From an uncultured Alphaproteobacteria bacterium (GTDB lineage Bacteria; Pseudomonadota; Alphaproteobacteria; Rhizobiales; Beijerinckiaceae), in contig CAVOLE010000038.1 of the NCBI GenBank assembly GCA_963696665.1, positions 3,940 to 67,939 on the forward strand: DNA of 64,000 nucleotides, written 5' to 3'. Shown piece after piece: positions 58,310 to 64,000 of this stretch. The notes below the pieces were generated by a model. The model made no database searches, was not told the DNA's origin, and saw only the letters and a program-made list of their open reading frames with translations. The position numbers and the translations under genes were made by a program. Positions within the stretch are counted from its first letter, which is position 1. Every line of letters begins with the position of its first letter.

Positions 58310-61300
58310 ATGTGGATCGTCCGAATAGCACTCGATCGACCCTACACTTTCGTGGTGTTGTCGCTGCTGATCCTGATTCTCAGCCCGCTCGTGATCCTGC
58401 GCACGCCGACGGACATCTTTCCGAACATCAACATCCCCGTGATCGCGGTGGTTTGGACCTACACCGGCCTCAACGCCGAGGAGATGGAGGGGCGGCTGAC
58501 CTCGGCGTACGAGCGGTCGCTGACGACGCTGGTCGACAACATCCAGCACATCGAATCGACCAGCTATAACGGCCTTGCCCTAGTCAAGATCTTCCTGCAA
58601 CCGGGCGCCAGCCTCGATACCGCGAACGCGCAAGTGACGGCCGCCTCGCAGTTGCTGCTGCGGCAGATGCCACCCGGCACCGAGCCGCCGGAAATTCTGA
58701 ACTACAGCGCCTCCAGCGTGCCGATCCTGCAACTCGGGCTGTCCGGCGACAACCTGTCCGAGCAGCAGCTCAACGATCTCGGCCTCAATTTCCTCCGCAC
58801 GCAACTGGTCACCGTGCCGGGCGCGACGATTCCGTATCCGTACGGCGGCAAGCAGCGGCAGGTCATGATCGCCTTCAATCCGTTGCGGTTGCAAGCAAAG
58901 GGATTGTCACCGACCGACGTGTTGAACGCGGTGGCCGCTCAAGACCTGGTGCTGCCGTCCGGCACGGCCAAGATTTCGCAGTTCGAATACGACGTGCGCA
59001 TCAACTCGGCGCCGCGCACGCTGGAGCAGCTCAATGACCTGCCGATCCGCACGGTCGGCAACGCCACGATTTACCTGCGCGATGTCGCCACCGTCAGCGA
59101 CAGTTTCGCGCCGCAGACCAACGTCGTGCGGCAGAACGGCAAGCGCGGCGTATTGGTGAGCATCCTGAAGGCGGGCAACGCCTCGACGATCGACGTGGTC
59201 AACGACATCCGCGCACTGCTGCCGAGAGTGGAGCAGACGCTGCCGCCACAACTCCACATCAGGCCGATCGCCGACCAGTCGATCTTCGTCAAGGCCGCTG
59301 TCGCCGACGTGGTGCGCGAGGCGGTGATCGCGGCGTGCCTGACCGCGCTGATGATCCTCCTGTTCCTCGGCAGTTGGCGCAGCACGCTGATCATCGCGGT
59401 GTCGATCCCGCTGTCGATCCTGACCTCGGTTTTGGTGCTGAGCGCGCTGGGCGAGACGATCAATATCATGACGCTTGGCGGCCTCGCGCTCGCCGTCGGC
59501 ATCCTGGTCGACGACGCGACGGTGACGATCGAGAACATGGAACGCTACCTGGAGGAGGGGCAGCCGCTGCGTGAGGCGATCCTGAACGGGGCCTCGCAGA
59601 TCGCGGTGCCGGCGCTGGTCTCGACGCTGTGCATCTGCATCGTGTTCGTGCCGATGTTCCTGCTGCAAGGTGTGGCGCGCTATCTGTTTATGCCGCTGGC
59701 CGAGGCGGTGGTGTTCGCAATGCTCGCCTCCTACTTCCTGTCGCGCACGCTGGTCCCGACGATGGCGATGTATCTGCTGCGGCCGAAGCCGCACGGCGCG
59801 GCGCGCTCGCGCAATCCGCTGGCGGTGTTCCAGCGCGGCTTCGAGCGCGGCTTCGAGCGGACGCGGCATGCCTATCGCGACCTGCTGACGCTGCTGGTGC
59901 GCCACCGCAGCGTGTCTATTCCGGGTTTCCTGGCTTGTTGCCTGGCGCTCTTCGCGCTCGGACCGTGGCTTGGCCAGGACTTCTTCCCCAACACCGACAG
60001 CGGTCAGTTCATCCTGCACATGCGCGCCAAGACCGGCACCCGCATCGAGGAAACCGCGCGGCTCGCCGACCAAGTCGAGGCCGCGATGCGGCGGGTGATC
60101 CCGGCGCGCGAACTGGACACGATCGTCGACAACATCGGCCTGCCGTACAGCGGCATGAACCTGACCCACACCGCGACTGGAGTGATCGGCCCGGCGGACG
60201 CCGACATCATGGTCTCGCTCAAGCCCGATCACGGCCCGACCGCCGGCTACCTCGCCGCGATCCGCCAAGCGGTGGCGCGCCAATTCCCCGGCGTGACGTT
60301 CTATTCGCTGCCGGCCGACATGATCACGCAGATCCTAAATTTTGGCATGCCCGCCCCGATCGACATCCAGATCGACGGGGCCGACGTGCGCGACAACCGC
60401 GTCGTCGCCGACCAGATTCTCGACCAGGTGCGCCAAGTGCCGGGCGTGGTGGACGCGCACATCCAGCAACGGTTCGATTACCCGGACTTCGACATCGACG
60501 TGGACCGCACCAAGGCGCAGCAGGAGGGGCTAACCGAGCGCGACGTGGCTGGCAGCGTGCTGGAGACCTTGAGCGGCAGCTTCCAGACCGCGCCGATGTT
60601 CTTCCTCAACTGGAAGAACGGGGTGAACTACGAGGTCGCGGCGCAGGCGCCGCAATACGACATCCAGTCGCTGCACGATATCCGGAACATCCCGATCACC
60701 GCCGCTGCGGGAGGCAGCCGGGCGATCCTCGCCGATGTCGCCGCGATCTCCCGCTCGCAGGAGATGGCGGCGGTGGATCATTACAACATACGTCGCGTCG
60801 TCGATGTCTACGCCAACGTGCAGGGACGCGACCTTGGCGCGGTCGGGCGGGATGTCACTCGCATCGTCGCGGCCAACCGCGGCCACCTGCCGCGCGGCAG
60901 CTTCGTGACCATCCGCGGCCAGCTTGAGACCATGCAGGGCGCCTATATCAGCCTGGCCGAGGGGCTGGGCTTCTCGATCCTGCTCGTTTATCTGCTGATC
61001 GTTGTGAACTTCCAGTCCTGGCTTGACCCGTTCATCATCATCACGGCCTTGCCGGGGGCGTTGGGGGGGATCGTGCTGTTCCTGTTCCTGACCGGGACGA
61101 CGCTGAGCGTGCCGGCGCTGATGGGGGCGATCATGTGCATGGGTGTCGCGACCGCCAACAGCATCCTGATGGTGTCGTTCGCCCGCGAGCGGCTGACCGA
61201 GCACGGCGATGCGGCCCGCGCCGCGGTCGAGGCCGGCTTCACCCGGTTCCGGCCGGTGCTAATGACAGCGCTGGCGATGATCATCGGCATGGTGCCGATG

Positions 61301-61480
61301 TCACTTGGTCTCGGCGCGGGCGGCGAGCAGAACGCCCCGCTCGGCCGGGCGGTGATCGGTGGCCTCATGCTTGCGACGGTCGCGACGCTGGTGTTCGTTC
61401 CAACCGTCTTCTCCCTGCTGCACGCAAGGCGCGCGCCTCGGCTGGCGGCAGGTCCTGGCGCCCCAACCCACGCGGCATGA
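58310..61480 (+). CDS. RND efflux transporter permease (AcrB/CusA superfamily)
   Basis: 1056 aa; PTDIFPNINIPVI, GILVDDATV, RFRPVLMT, PLGRAVIGG; 12-TM architecture. Confidence 0.96.
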   Translation: MWIVRIALDRPYTFVVLSLLILILSPLVILRTPTDIFPNINIPVIAVVWTYTGLNAEEMEGRLTSAYERSLTTLVDNIQHIESTSYNGLALVKIFLQPGASLDTANAQVTAASQLLLRQMPPGTEPPEILNYSASSVPILQLGLSGDNLSEQQLNDLGLNFLRTQLVTVPGATIPYPYGGKQRQVMIAFNPLRLQAKGLSPTDVLNAVAAQDLVLPSGTAKISQFEYDVRINSAPRTLEQLNDLPIRTVGNATIYLRDVATVSDSFAPQTNVVRQNGKRGVLVSILKAGNASTIDVVNDIRALLPRVEQTLPPQLHIRPIADQSIFVKAAVADVVREAVIAACLTALMILLFLGSWRSTLIIAVSIPLSILTSVLVLSALGETINIMTLGGLALAVGILVDDATVTIENMERYLEEGQPLREAILNGASQIAVPALVSTLCICIVFVPMFLLQGVARYLFMPLAEAVVFAMLASYFLSRTLVPTMAMYLLRPKPHGAARSRNPLAVFQRGFERGFERTRHAYRDLLTLLVRHRSVSIPGFLACCLALFALGPWLGQDFFPNTDSGQFILHMRAKTGTRIEETARLADQVEAAMRRVIPARELDTIVDNIGLPYSGMNLTHTATGVIGPADADIMVSLKPDHGPTAGYLAAIRQAVARQFPGVTFYSLPADMITQILNFGMPAPIDIQIDGADVRDNRVVADQILDQVRQVPGVVDAHIQQRFDYPDFDIDVDRTKAQQEGLTERDVAGSVLETLSGSFQTAPMFFLNWKNGVNYEVAAQAPQYDIQSLHDIRNIPITAAAGGSRAILADVAAISRSQEMAAVDHYNIRRVVDVYANVQGRDLGAVGRDVTRIVAANRGHLPRGSFVTIRGQLETMQGAYISLAEGLGFSILLVYLLIVVNFQSWLDPFIIITALPGALGGIVLFLFLTGTTLSVPALMGAIMCMGVATANSILMVSFARERLTEHGDAARAAVEAGFTRFRPVLMTALAMIIGMVPMSLGLGAGGEQNAPLGRAVIGGLMLATVATLVFVPTVFSLLHARRAPRLAAGPGAPTHAA

Positions 61481-62751
61481 GGAGTCTCGGCCACATCATG
61501 CTGAAGGAGCCGGAGGCGCGCGATTTCGCCCCGCCAGAGGCCGCCCCGGTCACGCGGCGGTCCGGGCGGCTCGGCGGGATGTTGCTGATCGGGTTGGCGA
61601 TCGTGGCCGCACTGCTCGGCGTTCTGATCTATAACGGGATGCGCGAGCGCTCGGCGGCCGAGGCGGCGCTGGCGACGGAGACAACGCAAGCGGCGGCGCC
61701 GTTTGTCGAAGTCGTTCATCCGGTCGGCAACGCGCCCGACCAGACGCTGGTGCTGCCTGGCCAGACGATGGCGTTCATCGACACGCCGATCTACGCGCGC
61801 GCCAGTGGCTACCTGAAGAGCTGGAACTACGACATCGGCGCCCACGTGAATTGCGGGGACGTGCTCGCGCAGATTGAGACGCCCGAACTCGACCAACAAT
61901 TGCGCGCGGCGCGGGCGCAACTGGCGCAGATGCAGGCGGCGGTGGCCCAGGCGGAGGCGAATATGGACCTCGCCAAGGTGACGAGCGGCCGCACCTCGGA
62001 GATGGTGCGGCAGGGCTGGAGCAGCCGGCAGCAGGGCGATCAGGACCGCCTAACCTATGCGGGGAGCACAGCCGCGGTCGACGTCGCGCGCGCCAACGTG
62101 CGGGTGGAGCAGGCGCAGGTGGACCGGTTGGAGCAACTGACCAGTTTCGAGCGCGTGACGGCGCCGTTTGATGGCGTGATCACCGCACGCAACACTGACG
62201 TCGGCGCGCTGATCAACGCCGGCGCTGGGAGCCCCGCCACCGAGCTGTTCCACATGGCCTCGATCCGGACGTTGCGCATCTTCGTCGCGGCGCCGGAGAC
62301 CGACGCGCCGGATTTGAAGGCGGGCGCTAAGGCGACGGTGACGTTCGACGAGTATCCGGGGCAGGTGTTTGAGGGCACGCTGACGCGCACCGACGGCGCA
62401 ATCAACCCCACCTCCCGCACGTTGCTGGTCGAGGTGGACGTGGATAACGCCGACGGCAAGCTGCTGCCCGGCGCCTACGCATTCGTGCATTTCACGCTTG
62501 AGCGCCAGACGCATTCCGTGGTGATTCCGGCCAATGCCCTGCTGTTCCGCAGCGAGGGGCTGCGCGTTGGCGTGGTGCGCAACGGCGCCGCGGAGCTGGT
62601 GCCGATCACCATCGGCCGCGACTATGGCGATCGCGTCGAGGTGCTGACCGGCCTGGACACGGCGGACGAGGTGATCCTCAACCCGTCTGACTCGCTCGTA
62701 AGCGGCACGGCAGTACGGCTGGCAAACCACAAGGCAGGAGGCGCGGCCTGA
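61477..62751 (+). CDS. RND periplasmic adaptor (MFP)
   Basis: TM anchor, IYARASGYLK lipoyl half-motif, alpha hairpin, VTAPFDGVITAR, TRTLLVE-type motif; start at 61477 or 61498. Confidence 0.94.
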   Translation: MRSLGHIMLKEPEARDFAPPEAAPVTRRSGRLGGMLLIGLAIVAALLGVLIYNGMRERSAAEAALATETTQAAAPFVEVVHPVGNAPDQTLVLPGQTMAFIDTPIYARASGYLKSWNYDIGAHVNCGDVLAQIETPELDQQLRAARAQLAQMQAAVAQAEANMDLAKVTSGRTSEMVRQGWSSRQQGDQDRLTYAGSTAAVDVARANVRVEQAQVDRLEQLTSFERVTAPFDGVITARNTDVGALINAGAGSPATELFHMASIRTLRIFVAAPETDAPDLKAGAKATVTFDEYPGQVFEGTLTRTDGAINPTSRTLLVEVDVDNADGKLLPGAYAFVHFTLERQTHSVVIPANALLFRSEGLRVGVVRNGAAELVPITIGRDYGDRVEVLTGLDTADEVILNPSDSLVSGTAVRLANHKAGGAA

Positions 62752-62805
62752 GACGCCCCCGCCAGCCGCCCATGTCTGGCTACGGAATTGCGTGTCGGCG
62801 CCCGC

Positions 62806-63100
62806 GCGCTTTACGATCCGAACTCCCATCACCCGCTCGTGGGCCAGACCGGAATCCAGCCGCAGTGGGCGGCGCCGGCGGCTTTGGGGATCGTTCTCTT
62901 TTGTCTCGGCTTTCATGACCAGGCGTTGGCGCAGAGCAACAAGGCGATTGCTGAGGCGCGAAAGATCGCTTCATCCGCCGACTTTGGCCATGAGCTTGGC
63001 GATGGCCGCCCTTCTGGCATCGATCATCGGCGACGACGTAGGTTTGGAGCAGCGGGTGGCGGCTTGGTTGCCATCGCGACCGATCAGGGGACGTTTTCGA
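62806..63100 (+). pseudogene. Remnant of the C-terminal helical/TPR region of an adenylate/guanylate cyclase-AAA ATPase type protein
   Basis: Stitched frames give ALYDPNSHHPLVGQTG..LGIVLFCLGFHDQALAQSNKAIAEAR / LHPPTLAMSLAMAALL..GDD / LVAIATDQG, resembling that family from memory. Truncated by IS6. Confidence 0.55.
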
Positions 63101-63139
63101 TCCGGCCGATTTTGTCATTCGGAACGACGGCGTTTGCAG

Positions 63140-63970
63140 GGCACCGTCAGCTTAACGAGTTGAGAAAGGTCCACGGGGTAAGCGGAGGCCATGTCGAGTG
63201 TCCGCGATCCGCTCTATCGCCGTCATCGCTTCCCGCCGGAGATCATCAGCCATGCGATCTGGCTCTATTTCCGGTTTGCCTTGAGCCTTCGCATGGTCGA
63301 GGAGATGCTGGCGGCGCGCGCGGGATTTGCGTGACGTACGAGACCCGTGCGCCAGTGGGGGAAGAAGTTTGGCAAGACCTTCTCCGATCAGATCCGCCAG
63401 CGCGCGCCTGCTCGCGGCGACAAATGGCATATGGATGAGGTCTCCGTCTCGATCGCGGGCGAGCAACACTGGCTGTGGCGCGCCGTCGATCAGAATGGCT
63501 TCGTTCTTGACGTCTTGATCCAGCGTCGAAGAGACACGCGCGCGGCGCAAAGGCTTATGAGGAAGCTCCTGAAATCCGCCGTGACGCCGCCGCGCGTCAT
63601 GATCACCGACAAGCTCGGTTCATACGGCGCGGCAAGGGCGAAGATGGATCTTCGCGTCGAACACCGCCAGCACAAGGGGCTGAACAACCGGGCGGAGAAT
63701 TCTCATCAGCAGACAAGACGCCGCGAACGGATCATGAAGCGATTCAAATCAGCCCGGCAGGCCCAACGGTTTCTGTCGGTTCACGATCAAGTCGCGAACC
63801 TCTTCCACATCCCTTATCCCGAATTCGCCACTGCTGACTTCCGCCGCGCTTCGCGCGAGCGAGCCTTTGCGCTCTGGCGCGAGATCTCCAGGACGGGCGC
63901 CGCCGCCTGACCTCAGCTATAAGAAAAATCGTCTCTCTTCGGCCCAGCGTTCGCTCAAGTTGACGATGCC
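63140..63970 (+). mobile_element. IS6-family element with a frameshifted transposase (63191-63910)
   Basis: Inverted repeats GGCACCGTCAGCTTAA / TCAAGTTGACGATGCC; YRRHRFPPEII, WHMDEV, WLWRAVD, MITDKL, LNNRAENSHQ. Indels near 63320 and 63345; no target duplication seen. Confidence 0.9.
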
Positions 63971-64000
63971 CTGGCCCCTCGCTCAGCCGCTTGCTCAAGG

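Larger units (their letters stand above)
53906..64000. mobile_element. Probable tRNA-Lys-integrated genomic island, extending beyond the window
   Basis: The tRNA 3' duplicate is at the left edge, and IS elements and remnants begin immediately to its right. No integrase seen in the window. Confidence 0.65.

Noticed and set aside
53952-64000. Anti-phage defence, toxin-antitoxin, retron or integrase genes in the island
   Set aside because: No ORF with nuclease, reverse transcriptase, toxin or tyrosine/serine recombinase motifs was recognisable in this part; they may lie beyond the window.

Overview
This 64-kb window comes from a GC-rich alphaproteobacterium; the gene content (podJ-like, gapR, carD, fdxA, mctP, PEPxxWA-CTERM) points to Hyphomicrobiales, which is an inference. 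Positions 1-53.9 kb are chromosomal backbone. They hold two decayed genes (an amidohydrolase and a Tat-exported sulfatase), housekeeping genes (yggS, ychF, cpdB, podJ-like, cmk, msrA, accD, trpA, fdxA, carD, gapR), several transporters and a near-complete Tad/Flp pilus locus (32.1-45.9 kb). A 46-bp 3' fragment of tRNA-Lys(CTT) at 53906-53951 looks like the att boundary of an integrated island running off the right edge. The island contains an intact IS630, nested IS21/IS21/IS481 remnants, an RND permease-MFP pair, a cyclase-TPR remnant and a broken IS6. Three signals stand out. (1) At least four families of short palindromic repeats nest in each other, insert in-frame into the PodJ-like protein and disrupt both genes of an IS21. 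(2) Normally conserved operons appear here with specific members missing (trpA-accD without trpB/folC, cmk without aroA/rpsA, ychF without pth, a helicase C-terminal half only), which suggests a duplicated and eroded segment. (3) Single-base indels in cmk, carD, tadG and cpaF may be real or may be assembly errors. I found no CRISPR array, intact tRNA/rRNA, integrase or recognisable defence system, and I cannot claim a proven new system from sequence alone.
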